Shown: positions 8,358 through 18,999 of the stretch, in pieces | Layout of the letters: each line of letters starts with the position of its first letter | Numbering within the stretch: position 1 is the stretch's first letter | Virus record (IMG/VR): IMGVR_UViG_3300043399_000587 | Location: 32,001 to 96,000 of that record | Source: a virus | Strand: one strand, 5' to 3' | DNA length: 64,000 nucleotides | The notes under the pieces: model-generated | The model's input: only the letters and a program-made list of their open reading frames with translations | Told to the model about the DNA's origin: nothing | Databases searched by the model: none | Position numbers and translations under genes: made by a program

Positions 8358-11300
8358 ATGGCATTAACATCTCCAGGCGTAGAAGTTACAGTAATTGATC
8401 AGAGTCAGTATCTTCCAGCCGCACCAGGTTCCGTACCGTTCGTTCTATTAGCTACAGCACAAAATAAAGCCGATCCAAATGGCGCAGGCATAGCTCAAGG
8501 AACGACCGCAGCAAACGCAAATAAATTATACCAAGTTACAAGTCAACGTGATCTTGTAACTCTATTTGGAAATCCAACGTTCTATACTACCAGTAATGGT
8601 ACACCTATTCAAGGATATGAACTCAATGAATATGGTCTTTTAGCTGCTTACTCTGTATTAGGCGTTACAAATCGTTGCTATGTATTAAGAGCAGATATTG
8701 ATTTAGCAAGTCTTGTTGGACAAACAGGTCGTCCAGTTGGATCTCCTACAAATGGCACATATTGGTTAGACACTACCTCATCTCAATGGGGCATTTATGA
8801 ATTCAATGCTACTACTGGAAACTTCACACTACAAGATCCTATCGTCATTACAGATGCTGCAGATTTATCCGGTGGTGTTCCTTTAGCATCAATTGGAAAC
8901 ATAGGCGATTATGCAGTAGTTGCAAGTTCATTATATAACTTAACCCCTTTAGCTGCACAACAATTTTTTTATAAAACAACCAACAATGGTTGGGTAGAAA
9001 TAGGAACCGCTAATTGGAGAGATGATTGGCCTACAGCACAAGGAACAGAATCTAATCCAACATTGACAGCAGGTGATTCCTTCGACTTGAACATAACAGG
9101 ACAAGCAACAGTAACAATTACTGTTCCTGACGCTGGTGGAGGTGTTGGTACTGTTGCTGGAGTAGCCAACGAAATAAATTCTTTGAGTTGGGGATATTTA
9201 TCTGCTGCAGTGCGCGATGGCAAATTATGTATCTTCTTAGATTTTCCAGAAGGACAGGCTGCACCACCGAGGTATGTTGGTTTAACTAACAACACTAATT
9301 CTCCATTGGATGACATGGGAATCGACGAGGGTAATTATTACCAACCAATACTTGTTTGGGGAACAGGTGCTCAACAACCAACATGGCAGCAAGGTCAGAC
9401 TTTTCCTAGACCTACTGGTTCTGTTTGGATGAAAGCAGGTGGCACAGGGTTGGCTCCTGTAGTAGAAGAATGGGATAGCACACTGCAAGATTGGGTAACT
9501 AAAGAAGTACAGCTCTACACTTCTGATGCTGCTGCAAATGCGGGATTAGATCCAACCGGTGGGCAAGCAATACCTGCAGGCACAATTTATGGACAGTACA
9601 ATTTTAACAATAACTTAAGAAATTCTCCTGTGTATTTATGGAAACGTGCAGCTACTGGACCTACAGTAGTAACTGGAACTAACACAAGCCCAGATTTTTC
9701 AAGTTTAGCTCCATTAGGAACAGGGCCATATACATTGCGAGTTTCAGTAACCCAGCCAAACTCACCTACGTTATCACCTGCATATACGGTGACAATTCCT
9801 GAAGGTTCGGATGCAACAGATTTTGTTACGGCATGGATCGGAGCAGGTATTCCTTATACTTCGGCTTCAGTGGCTTCGTCTGGTGCTATACAATTGACTC
9901 ATAATTTAGGTGGATCAATTTTAATAACAGATCAGATACAATCAGGACCTAATTTTGGATATTCTAATGGGGTATTAGTAGAAGCAGGATTCATTGCCGG
10001 AACAACTGAAGGTGTAAAATATTATAACTCTTTGTTAACTAATTTTACAGGTATTGCACAGTCTTCAACTTCAGGCAGTGGAACAGGATGCACTTTTTCT
10101 GTAACTACTTCATACGATGTATACGTACCAGTACAAACATTCGGTGGAGGAGGTGGCTCAGGTTATGCAGTGGGCGACGTCGTAACTATTGATGGTACAG
10201 ATTTGGGCGGTGCATCCCCAGCTAATGATTTAGAATTAATAGTTGCTCAAGTTGGTGTGGGTGGCGCAATTCAGGCTGTGCAATACAGCACAGGTGTATC
10301 AAGCACTTTATATTTGATTGAATTGAGTAACTGGAGAGAGTTTGATTATACTGCAAACGAAGGTGCACCAGTAGCAAATCCAGCAAATAACACCAATTGG
10401 TTCTATAGCGTTGTCGATGAAGTTGATATTATGGTCAACTACAATGGTAACTGGAAAGGTTATAAGAATCAGAATTATGACTTAAATGGATTCCCAACAC
10501 CAAGTGGTGTTAACGCAACTGATCCTAATGGTCCTATCGTAAGTGCTAGTGCTCCGGAAACTCAAAGTGATGGTACTGCATTAGTATATGGTGACTTATG
10601 GATTGATACAAGCAACCTAGAAAATTATCCTGTGATTTACCGTTGGCAATCAGTAAATGGTGAAAATCAGTGGGTATTAATTGATAATTCAGATCAATTA
10701 AATCCAAATGGTGTTGTGTTTGCAGATGCACGCTGGGCTACAAATGGAACAACCAGTGTTACAAATGATCCTATCCCAACAATTCAAAGCCTACTAACAA
10801 GTAATTATCTAGATTTAGATGCTCCAGAATCAAGCTTATATCCAACTGGCATGTTGTTATTCAACACACGCCGTTCAGGGTACAATGTCAAGCAATTCAA
10901 ACAGAATTACTTCAACAGTACTAATTTCCCAGGTGCATCTCTACCAACAGAAAGAAATGCTTGGGTATCAGTAAGTGGTCTACAAAGCAACGGTGCACCA
11001 TATATGGGTCGTAAGGCACAACGTGCAATGGTAGTAGAAGCATTGCGTAGTGCAATTGACACTAACACAGACATCCGTGATGAAGATAACTTCTTCAACC
11101 TAATGGCAACTCCTAACTATCCAGAACTACAACCTAACATGGTTGTATTGAATGCAGATCGTGGCGAAACTGGATATATCTTAGGTGACACTCCAATGGG
11201 TCTAAGTGATAGTGCTACTGCAATTCAAGCATGGGCTACTAACGCAGCAGGTGCAGCAAGCACTGGTGAAGATGGGTGTGTTACACGTAACACATACTTA

Positions 11301-11945
11301 GGTCTATTCTATCCAAGTGGAATTACAAATGACTTAAGTGGAAACTTAGTTGCAGTTCCTGCGTCACACATGATGCTAAGAACATTCATTAGAAACGATA
11401 CAATCGCTTATCCTTGGTTAGCTGCTGCTGGTACTCGTCGTGGTATCATCGACAATGCTGCAAACATTGGTTATGTAAATCGTCAAACTGGTGAATTCCA
11501 AGTTATCAAAACACGTATAGGCATTCGTGATGTGTTGTATGTAAACTTCATTAACCCATTAGTGTTCTTCACTGGTCAGGGTCTATTGAACTACGGTAAC
11601 AAGACTAGCTTCAACTCTCAAAGTGCGTTAGACAGAACTAACGTTGCACGTTTAGTTGCTTACATTCGTAGACAATTAACTCTTGCCGGCAGACCATACG
11701 TCTTTGAACCTAACGATGCATTTACACGTGGTCAGATTAAGAATACATGTGAATCTCTAATGTTAGATTTGGTTGCTAAACGCGGTGTTTATGACTTCTT
11801 GGTAGTTTGTGATGAGAGTAATAACACCCCTGCTAGAATTGACAGAAATGAACTTTGGGTTGATATTGCAATTGAACCTGTTAAGGCAGTTGAATTTATC
11901 TACATCCCAGTTCGTATCTTGAACACAGGAGAACTAGGAGCCTAA
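8358..11945 (+). CDS. Contractile tail sheath protein (gp18-like), 1195 aa with insertion domains
   Basis: MALTSPGVEV N-terminus; C-terminal FEPND..TR, VCDESNNTP..IDRN, P.KAVEFIYI. Confidence 0.95.
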   Translation: MALTSPGVEVTVIDQSQYLPAAPGSVPFVLLATAQNKADPNGAGIAQGTTAANANKLYQVTSQRDLVTLFGNPTFYTTSNGTPIQGYELNEYGLLAAYSVLGVTNRCYVLRADIDLASLVGQTGRPVGSPTNGTYWLDTTSSQWGIYEFNATTGNFTLQDPIVITDAADLSGGVPLASIGNIGDYAVVASSLYNLTPLAAQQFFYKTTNNGWVEIGTANWRDDWPTAQGTESNPTLTAGDSFDLNITGQATVTITVPDAGGGVGTVAGVANEINSLSWGYLSAAVRDGKLCIFLDFPEGQAAPPRYVGLTNNTNSPLDDMGIDEGNYYQPILVWGTGAQQPTWQQGQTFPRPTGSVWMKAGGTGLAPVVEEWDSTLQDWVTKEVQLYTSDAAANAGLDPTGGQAIPAGTIYGQYNFNNNLRNSPVYLWKRAATGPTVVTGTNTSPDFSSLAPLGTGPYTLRVSVTQPNSPTLSPAYTVTIPEGSDATDFVTAWIGAGIPYTSASVASSGAIQLTHNLGGSILITDQIQSGPNFGYSNGVLVEAGFIAGTTEGVKYYNSLLTNFTGIAQSSTSGSGTGCTFSVTTSYDVYVPVQTFGGGGGSGYAVGDVVTIDGTDLGGASPANDLELIVAQVGVGGAIQAVQYSTGVSSTLYLIELSNWREFDYTANEGAPVANPANNTNWFYSVVDEVDIMVNYNGNWKGYKNQNYDLNGFPTPSGVNATDPNGPIVSASAPETQSDGTALVYGDLWIDTSNLENYPVIYRWQSVNGENQWVLIDNSDQLNPNGVVFADARWATNGTTSVTNDPIPTIQSLLTSNYLDLDAPESSLYPTGMLLFNTRRSGYNVKQFKQNYFNSTNFPGASLPTERNAWVSVSGLQSNGAPYMGRKAQRAMVVEALRSAIDTNTDIRDEDNFFNLMATPNYPELQPNMVVLNADRGETGYILGDTPMGLSDSATAIQAWATNAAGAASTGEDGCVTRNTYLGLFYPSGITNDLSGNLVAVPASHMMLRTFIRNDTIAYPWLAAAGTRRGIIDNAANIGYVNRQTGEFQVIKTRIGIRDVLYVNFINPLVFFTGQGLLNYGNKTSFNSQSALDRTNVARLVAYIRRQLTLAGRPYVFEPNDAFTRGQIKNTCESLMLDLVAKRGVYDFLVVCDESNNTPARIDRNELWVDIAIEPVKAVEFIYIPVRILNTGELGA

Positions 11946-11947
11946 TT

Positions 11948-11971
11948 TAGAAGGGGATTCTTCCCCTTCTA
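11948..11971 (+). terminator. Hairpin/terminator after sheath gene
   Basis: TAGAAGGGGA-TTCT-TCCCCTTCTA. Confidence 0.6.
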
Positions 11972-12017
11972 TCTTAACTTTAGTTAGAGATAAATAATAT
12001 AAACAGGAGAAATAAAA

Positions 12018-12710
12018 ATGGCAGCAGCCTCATATTCATTAAGTAACTTATCGGTAAAGCCAGATGGTCAAGAGAACCAAGGCTTATTGATGCCGAAGTT
12101 ACAATTCAGATTTAGAATGACATTTTTTAACTTTGGTTTGGGTGATAATGACTTGCAACTAACAAGACAAGTCATCGATCTTTCTCGTCCAAACTTGTCA
12201 TTTGCTAAAATCACATTACCTGTATACAACTCAACATTGTATATGGCTGGTAAACACACATGGCAACCGATGACAGTTAACTTACGTGATGACGCGGGTG
12301 GCAACGTTTCTAGATTGGTTGGCGAACAACTACAAAAACAATTAGACTTCGTAGAACAAGCAAGCGCATCAGCAGCAAGTGATTATAAGTTTTCTGCTTA
12401 TATTGACATTCTTGACGGTGGAAACGGTGCATATGAAGCAAACATCCTAGAACGTTGGGAACTATATGGATGCTACCTTGAATCCGTAAACTGGAATACA
12501 TTGAACTACGGCACTTCAGAAGATGTAAGAATTGCATTAACAATTCAATTTGATAATGCTGTTCAATCCGATGGTTCTGATGGATTAGATGGAGCTCCAG
12601 CAGGTGTTGGTATCGGTGCAGGTGGAATTAATGGTCGTCAACCTACAGTAGGTGACGTTGGTTTGACAACTGGCGTGGGTGAAGGCGGCACAGCCGGCGC
12701 ACTAGGATAA
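12018..12710 (+). CDS. Tail tube protein (gp19-like)
   Basis: Follows sheath; PKLQFRFR, AGKHTW, WELYGC motifs; late promoter and AGGAG. Confidence 0.85.
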   Translation: MAAASYSLSNLSVKPDGQENQGLLMPKLQFRFRMTFFNFGLGDNDLQLTRQVIDLSRPNLSFAKITLPVYNSTLYMAGKHTWQPMTVNLRDDAGGNVSRLVGEQLQKQLDFVEQASASAASDYKFSAYIDILDGGNGAYEANILERWELYGCYLESVNWNTLNYGTSEDVRIALTIQFDNAVQSDGSDGLDGAPAGVGIGAGGINGRQPTVGDVGLTTGVGEGGTAGALG

Positions 12711-12743
12711 TTTCAGGTTGATAATCGGCCGAGTTTATAATCA

Positions 12744-13706
12744 ATGGCATATTACGGTGACAATATTCAAAAGCCGAACTTAGGTTCGGCTTATTTGAGA
12801 GACTTTACACATGCTGCTAAGATATTTAGGCCAGGGTCGTATGACGTTGCGCCTAAATTTAAATTCCTGTTTCATACGTTTTTTGATATAAATCCCGTAG
12901 CTTATAATCGAAATGCTAACACCGGAGATAACTTCGGTGTGTTAGTTAAGAGTGTTAGGTTACCTTCTTTTAGTATAAAAACTCAAGAGTTAAATCAATA
13001 CAATCGAAAACGAATTATTCAAACTAAAATAAATTACGAACCCATAAACATCACGTTTCATGATGACAACATTAACATGATTACGAAATTATGGGATGCA
13101 TATTATACATATTATTACAAAGATGCTACCAATTTTAATGGATTAATTAATGGAAGCAGAACTAACAATACAGAAAATGCACAAGTTAATAATAATGCCA
13201 ATTGGAATACTCGAAATATATATGATGGTGATTTGACTGGGGAAAACAATTGGGGTTACATTGGTGAAAATTTTGGCGCCGGTGGTATTACCAAAGCACC
13301 TTTTTTTAGAAACATTACGATATTCGGATTTAATAGGCATAACTTTACTGCATACACTTTGATTAATCCTATGATTACAAAAATGGATCATGATACATAT
13401 AATTATAGTGAAGCGGCAGGAACTATGGAAATTAAAATGGATATAAACTATGAAACCGTAGTTTATAATGAAGGTGCTATGGATGGTAAAACACCAGATA
13501 ATATTGTTCAAAGTTTCGGATTAGATGCATTCTATGATAAAACACTAAGTACTATAACTCCAGCTGGTGCCAATTCCGCAGAAACAGGTCCTGGTGGGTA
13601 TAAAGATGCAAACGGTGGTTCTATTAGAACTATGAATCCTAGAAATCAAAATAGATCAGGTAACCTACCAAGTAATTATCCTTATAGCATATACGGAAGG
13701 GGATGA
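12744..13706 (+). CDS. Tail tube-fold protein (tube initiator/baseplate gp48/gp54-like)
   Basis: PKFKFLF, KSVRLPSF..YNRKRIIQTKINYEPINITFHDD tube-like pattern. Confidence 0.6.
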   Translation: MAYYGDNIQKPNLGSAYLRDFTHAAKIFRPGSYDVAPKFKFLFHTFFDINPVAYNRNANTGDNFGVLVKSVRLPSFSIKTQELNQYNRKRIIQTKINYEPINITFHDDNINMITKLWDAYYTYYYKDATNFNGLINGSRTNNTENAQVNNNANWNTRNIYDGDLTGENNWGYIGENFGAGGITKAPFFRNITIFGFNRHNFTAYTLINPMITKMDHDTYNYSEAAGTMEIKMDINYETVVYNEGAMDGKTPDNIVQSFGLDAFYDKTLSTITPAGANSAETGPGGYKDANGGSIRTMNPRNQNRSGNLPSNYPYSIYGRG

Positions 13707-13707
13707 T

Positions 13708-13980
13708 ATGTCATCAATCAATACAGCCAACAATCCTAACGTATCATATAACTATCAAAAGAATCCTAATTTAACTGCATCAAATTTTGCACAATCACAA
13801 GCAGGATTGATTATATCTAATAGAGATAGACCTAATGTAAATAGAAATGCAAGATTCATTTTTCCAGCAAACATGAGTACTCCTAATTATGGTGCAGGTT
13901 CACCGACTCTTTTAGCAAGAACAGGCCCCGCTACAATTGATGGAGAATTTTTATACGCAGGACGTCAGGTGACAGCATAA
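13708..13980 (+). CDS. Hypothetical protein
   Basis: Tightly packed ORF in structural operon. Confidence 0.55.
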   Translation: MSSINTANNPNVSYNYQKNPNLTASNFAQSQAGLIISNRDRPNVNRNARFIFPANMSTPNYGAGSPTLLARTGPATIDGEFLYAGRQVTA

Positions 13981-13981
13981 T

Positions 13982-14350
13982 ATGGCAAGAATTATTGATG
14001 ATCGATCAACCTCACTAGATAGAACTGTACAAATCTTTGATTCATTCTATCAAACCGATTTAAAAGTTGGCGCAAGCCAATTTGACATTGTGCATGGCTA
14101 CTTTACTAGTGTATGTGGCACAAAAAACATAGCGGATAACTTTACTACCGTATTATTTAGAATATCTACGCAAACGGGTGTTGATGTCTTAACTCTACTT
14201 GATGAGTTAAAAGGCAAAAACACAAACAAATTACAAATGAATCAGCAAATTTGTTACTGGTTGAACAGTTTAAAATCTAAAACTTCATTATACGGAATCG
14301 CAGTGATTCCTCAGCCAGTAGTTCCTGTTGCAAGAAACGTAGTTTTATGA
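13982..14350 (+). CDS. Hypothetical virion-associated protein
   Basis: Tightly packed ORF in structural operon. Confidence 0.6.
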   Translation: MARIIDDRSTSLDRTVQIFDSFYQTDLKVGASQFDIVHGYFTSVCGTKNIADNFTTVLFRISTQTGVDVLTLLDELKGKNTNKLQMNQQICYWLNSLKSKTSLYGIAVIPQPVVPVARNVVL

Positions 14351-14351
14351 T

Positions 14352-14789
14352 ATGGCAAAATGGGCGCAAGGCATCTACACTCCCAAAAACCCTCAAAAAT
14401 ATATAGGGAATCATAATCCCAAATATAGATCGGGTTGGGAACTTACGTTTATGACGTTTTGTGATAGTCATAAAAATGTGTTGTATTGGGCCAGTGAAGC
14501 ATTAAGAATCCCCTACAAAAATCCCCTAACAGGAAAACAAACTATATATGTTCCTGATTTCTTCGTTGTTTATCAAAACAAGTACGGCAAGCAAATTGCT
14601 GAAGTCGTAGAAATAAAACCTAAAAAACAAAGTCTAATTGAAAGTAAAGTTTCTAACGCCAAAGATAGAGCGATTGTAGCTATTAATCATGCTAAGTGGG
14701 CTTCGGCTATGGCATATTGTAAAAGTCAAGGTTATACTTTTAGAGTAATTACAGAAGACGACCTTTTCTATAATGGACGCAACCGTTAA
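14352..14789 (+). CDS. Head completion nuclease (T4 gp4-like, TnsA/PD-(D/E)xK fold)
   Basis: PKNPQKYIG, YRSGWE, WASE, YVPDF, EIKP, N.AKW motifs. Confidence 0.9.
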   Translation: MAKWAQGIYTPKNPQKYIGNHNPKYRSGWELTFMTFCDSHKNVLYWASEALRIPYKNPLTGKQTIYVPDFFVVYQNKYGKQIAEVVEIKPKKQSLIESKVSNAKDRAIVAINHAKWASAMAYCKSQGYTFRVITEDDLFYNGRNR

Positions 14790-14800
14790 TAAATACGGGT

Positions 14801-15283
14801 ATGACTAAGAAACTTGAAGAACTGTTTGAATTTCCTTCTGACGATAAGGAAGCCAACGAATCTATATTAGAAAAGGTAGCTGCTGATTCTATAACTCAGG
14901 ATGCACTTTCAAACATTGAGAAGATAGAAAACGCATTACCTCAGGTCCGCGGTTTAGAAGCCACAGATACTGAGATGGATGATCTAGCTGAATTAGCAAA
15001 GAATAGTTATAAAGATTTGATGGATTTGGGTATGCAAGTCGATAGCAGGTTTAGTGCTGAAATTTTTGGAATAGCTGGCAACATGTTAGGTCATGCTATA
15101 ACTGCTAAGACAGCAAAAGTCAATAAAAAGCTTAAAATGATTGAGCTACAACTTAAAAAAGCAGCATTAGATCACAAGCTAGCAGTTAAGAATGAAGAAG
15201 TAGAAGCTACACCATTAGGCGACGGACAACTTTTAGACCGAAACGAACTGCTTAAAATATTGGCTAACAAAAAAGACAAATAA
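14801..15283 (+). CDS. Probable terminase small subunit (gp16-like)
   Basis: Helical protein ending DRNELLK; position after gp4; late promoter. Confidence 0.5.
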   Translation: MTKKLEELFEFPSDDKEANESILEKVAADSITQDALSNIEKIENALPQVRGLEATDTEMDDLAELAKNSYKDLMDLGMQVDSRFSAEIFGIAGNMLGHAITAKTAKVNKKLKMIELQLKKAALDHKLAVKNEEVEATPLGDGQLLDRNELLKILANKKDK

Positions 15284-15312
15284 TGATAAATATAAGATAA
15301 TTGAGGAATAAT

Positions 15313-15948
15313 ATGATCAAGCATAGTTTAAAACACTATATAACCGAAAGTGTAAAGCTTTACGATTATACTATCAAAATCGCCGGAGAAGTAGATAAAA
15401 ACTTCTGTGATTTGTTTTGTCATAATCTTAAAGAGAAATTTGATGCGGTTGAAATAAGTAAACCTGTAACTACACCTATACAAAAAGATCCATATGGATT
15501 TCCTGATTTGCGTAATCAATCTATAACTATAATCAAAGCAAATTTCAGATACCCTGCTACTGAACCAATGATTCAACAAATCGCACAATTGTTAGGTTAT
15601 AACGTAAATTTGGTTCGTGCTGTGCAAACTAATTACAACGACAGCATCAATAGCGAGGCAGAAGGTTATGCTAATGAAGGTAGCCACAGTCCTCTATTAA
15701 ATCATACTGAACTAGAAGAACAGCCAGGCGCTAAAGAAGCAAATAAAGCATACGGCGACTCATATCGCCAAAGCATCAAAGATCAAATGAAGGGTAATGA
15801 AATACAAATGCAATATGCAGGTAAGCAAACACCCAATGCATTTGATCCTTTCAAGGCTATTCCACAAGATCCAAAAGGTGGCAATAGCCCTATGAGTAAA
15901 ATTACAAGACCAGCCAAACCAAAAACTGGGGCTGCTTTTAACAAATAA
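15313..15948 (+). CDS. Hypothetical late (probable head) protein
   Basis: ATG 15313 after GAGGA; N-terminus SLKHYITE resembles a capsid-targeting/cleavage leader. Confidence 0.6.
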   Translation: MIKHSLKHYITESVKLYDYTIKIAGEVDKNFCDLFCHNLKEKFDAVEISKPVTTPIQKDPYGFPDLRNQSITIIKANFRYPATEPMIQQIAQLLGYNVNLVRAVQTNYNDSINSEAEGYANEGSHSPLLNHTELEEQPGAKEANKAYGDSYRQSIKDQMKGNEIQMQYAGKQTPNAFDPFKAIPQDPKGGNSPMSKITRPAKPKTGAAFNK

Positions 15949-15962
15949 TAAGGAAATAAAAA

Positions 15963-18902
15963 ATGGATTTCAAATCAATGTTACAACAGTTGAGCCAGTT
16001 AAGTGAGGCTACTAAAGAAACTGAAAAAGGTCGCATACACAAAGCTGATCCAGGTGGGTACGGTCGTAAGTTTGACACTGATGAAGAAGGTGATGAAAAT
16101 AAAGACGACAAGAAAAAAGAACCAGCAGTAAAGCGTGGGCGCGGTCGTCCTAAAAAGGGTGCTGATAGCGAAACTGGTCAAGTTGCAAAATATGATAATG
16201 CAAAGGCATTGCAAAGTTTTATGGTTGGTAATTTACCTAAAGGTAAATTGCCGGGTAAGCCAGGTAAAAAACACACGTTAAAGGACTGGGTCGAACAAAT
16301 AGAAGCAGAGTATGTTGCTGAAGCAGCTCCTGGACAGCAATTAACAGTTAAGCCAATGCCAGGAGCTGCTCAACTAGTAGATCCTTCAACACAAAGAGTT
16401 ATGGCAACAGGTGATGCGGCAGCCGTTAAGAATATACAAGGTGCAGTAGCACAGGGTAAAGTTCAAATGCGAGGCCCCGGTCCACAAGAAATGGCTGAAG
16501 AAGGTGATTATTCTGCTAAAAAAGCAAGAGCAGGAAAAGATATCGGTAAGCCAGGTAAGCAATTCAGTAAGATCGCTAAAAGCGCAGGTGAACGTTATGG
16601 TTCAAAGGCAGCAGGCGAACGTGTTGCAGGCGCTGTTCTTAAAAATCTAAGAAAAGCGGATGAAGGCGTTTCAGAAGCCTCAAAGAAGATTCCGGCAAGC
16701 AACAAACCAGTTAAGCCAGAAGATTTATATGTTTCACTAAAAGATATTCCAGCCAAAAAGCCGCGTGGACATACCCAATATGATCCCGCTAAAGAGTTTC
16801 CTGGGGTAAAAGCATTTAAAAAGCAAGGTGTGGCTGAAGGCTATTCACTGAAGAAAACTAATGTTGAAAAAACATTTCATCCAGGTGACCCAGAGGATTA
16901 CGGCAGTGTTGATATGACACGAAAAGATACGGATTACGAAATTATCAACAACAAAACAGGTCAAGTAGTAGGTACTGCGAGTTGGACTACTAATGATTAT
17001 TTTGGTCCAGGCGCACTAAAGATTACTATGAAGAATGGTGCCACACGCTGGATAGATATTTGGGAGCGTGAAAAAGGCAACCCACAAAGTGCTTTCAATC
17101 GCTTTGTGAAAGACCCAAAAACAGCCAAAAAATATAAAGAGCAAGGTGTGGCGGAAGCATCAAATGGTTTATATCAAAAAGCCATTCGCAAGTATGCCCA
17201 ACAAGTAGCAAATGATTATCTAGGCGGCGGAGACGAACATCTTTATGGTGCCAACAAGTTTGATGCTGAAATGTTTGGTGTAAGCCGAGAACAAGCAAAT
17301 AAAGACTTTAAGACATTGTTTAACATAATTGTACGTGCTCAAGCAGTAAAACAACGACAAGGTATGAAAGAGTCAGACACGGCAGAAAAAAAGAAAAATC
17401 CATGGAATGAAGGATATTGGGCAGGACATAGACAGGAAGATAGAGATTGCCCATATCCACCTGAGTCATCTGCCGCAGAATTCTGGGAACTTGGTTATTA
17501 TCAAGGCAACAAAGACAGAAAAGATGAGATGACAGGTCGTGTGATAGAAGCTGATATTCCATCTGATCAAATGGACATGGGTGCAGGCCTAGGTGCTGGA
17601 CGTAGTTCTAAAACTTTCGAAAGTACAAAAGCAAAACCAGATTTCTTAGATTTAGATAAAGATAAGAATAGAAAAGAGTCTATGAAAGATGCTGCTGCTC
17701 ACGCAAAACAAGGAAAGAAAAAGAAAATGAATGAAAGTTCACATAGACATTCTGCTGCTAGACTTATGGGCAAATCACATGCACTAGCAAAAGAAGGATA
17801 TAATTGCCGTTATGAAGATATGGATGAGGCAAGAGAATATCATGAAGGTTTCAAAGAAGGTTTGGACGAATGCTATGGACAAGGTGTGTATGAAATGGCA
17901 CCTTCGACCCCACCCATGACTATGGGCGGAATGGCAAATCAAGCTATGCCTGCAATGGAAGATGACATGGAAGAAGGTAATGCATTTACTGCTGCACTTG
18001 CAAGAACACCACGTGGCGGTGAGTTCAGTGTAGGCGGTAGATCATTTACTGATAGATCAGGATATGATGCAAAATTAGATGAATTAGCATTTGAAAGTTT
18101 AGATAACCAATTGAATGCATTATTAAATGAAGATGCTGTAGCAGAAGGCATGACTGTTTCTATAAGTAAAGGTCAACAAGGAATGCCTGATAGTGTTACA
18201 GTGTCAGCACAAGATAATGAAGCAGATGCATTGTTAGGTTTAATTAAACAAGCTGGTTTGGGTTTGTTCGGGGACGACCAACCCAATGGATATGAAGCTT
18301 CAGACGGGGATCAAGTTACATCTCATGGAGACATAAAAGTTGTAGGTGATCATGATGGTATGATGTCTTTGATTAAGAAAGTATCAGGTGGATCACAAGG
18401 TGATAGTGAAGACTATGCTGATGAAGAAGGTCACGAAGGTCATGATCACGCAGAAGATGAAGTATGCGATGACTGTGGTTCCGCAGACTGCCAATGTGAT
18501 GAAAAGGTAGATGAGGTTGAATCTTACGATCAAGAAGAAGAACAAGTAGCTGAAAATAATCCACCGGACAGTGACGCAGCCGAAACTACTGCAGATGAAA
18601 ATGCTGAAGCAGAAGAAGATATGGCTCTTGCCGCTACCAATGAAGGTGGTGATGGAAGTGAAGCCAGTGAAGAGGGCGAAGAACAAGTAACTGAATGGGC
18701 AAATGATGCAGGGAAAAGAGCAGAAGACTTTGATGATGAATCATTTAACACTGATATAGATTTTATTACAAAGGTAATTTCTGGTGGTTTAAACAAGCCA
18801 AAATCAACTGGTCAAACGACAGTACCCGTGGTTGCTAGTCAACATGATAGAATGGTAACACACGAATCTATTGCTGATTGGAAAAAATTAGCAGGATTGT
18901 GA
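15963..18902 (+). CDS. Large modular internal head/scaffold-like polyprotein
   Basis: AT-hook KRGRGRPKK; many (V/L/M)-x-E junctions including GVSE/QGVAE; acidic C-terminus ending LAGL. Confidence 0.6.
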   Translation: MDFKSMLQQLSQLSEATKETEKGRIHKADPGGYGRKFDTDEEGDENKDDKKKEPAVKRGRGRPKKGADSETGQVAKYDNAKALQSFMVGNLPKGKLPGKPGKKHTLKDWVEQIEAEYVAEAAPGQQLTVKPMPGAAQLVDPSTQRVMATGDAAAVKNIQGAVAQGKVQMRGPGPQEMAEEGDYSAKKARAGKDIGKPGKQFSKIAKSAGERYGSKAAGERVAGAVLKNLRKADEGVSEASKKIPASNKPVKPEDLYVSLKDIPAKKPRGHTQYDPAKEFPGVKAFKKQGVAEGYSLKKTNVEKTFHPGDPEDYGSVDMTRKDTDYEIINNKTGQVVGTASWTTNDYFGPGALKITMKNGATRWIDIWEREKGNPQSAFNRFVKDPKTAKKYKEQGVAEASNGLYQKAIRKYAQQVANDYLGGGDEHLYGANKFDAEMFGVSREQANKDFKTLFNIIVRAQAVKQRQGMKESDTAEKKKNPWNEGYWAGHRQEDRDCPYPPESSAAEFWELGYYQGNKDRKDEMTGRVIEADIPSDQMDMGAGLGAGRSSKTFESTKAKPDFLDLDKDKNRKESMKDAAAHAKQGKKKKMNESSHRHSAARLMGKSHALAKEGYNCRYEDMDEAREYHEGFKEGLDECYGQGVYEMAPSTPPMTMGGMANQAMPAMEDDMEEGNAFTAALARTPRGGEFSVGGRSFTDRSGYDAKLDELAFESLDNQLNALLNEDAVAEGMTVSISKGQQGMPDSVTVSAQDNEADALLGLIKQAGLGLFGDDQPNGYEASDGDQVTSHGDIKVVGDHDGMMSLIKKVSGGSQGDSEDYADEEGHEGHDHAEDEVCDDCGSADCQCDEKVDEVESYDQEEEQVAENNPPDSDAAETTADENAEAEEDMALAATNEGGDGSEASEEGEEQVTEWANDAGKRAEDFDDESFNTDIDFITKVISGGLNKPKSTGQTTVPVVASQHDRMVTHESIADWKKLAGL
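16824..17159 (+). repeat. Direct-repeat pair CAAGGTGTGGC(T/G)GAAG flanking a 106-codon in-frame cassette
   Basis: caaggtgtggctgaag at 16824 and caaggtgtggcggaag at 17142. Confidence 0.8.
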
Positions 18903-18918
18903 TATTCTAATATCATTT

Positions 18919-18947
18919 TAGCCCGACTATAGTCGGGCTATTTTTTT
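18919..18947 (+). terminator. Intrinsic terminator
   Basis: Perfect inverted repeat TAGCCCGACT/AGTCGGGCTA followed by T7. Confidence 0.85.
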
Positions 18948-18999
18948 GGCTATATCGTTTACGTTAAAACGATAAATACTTAATAAGGTGACATAAAAC

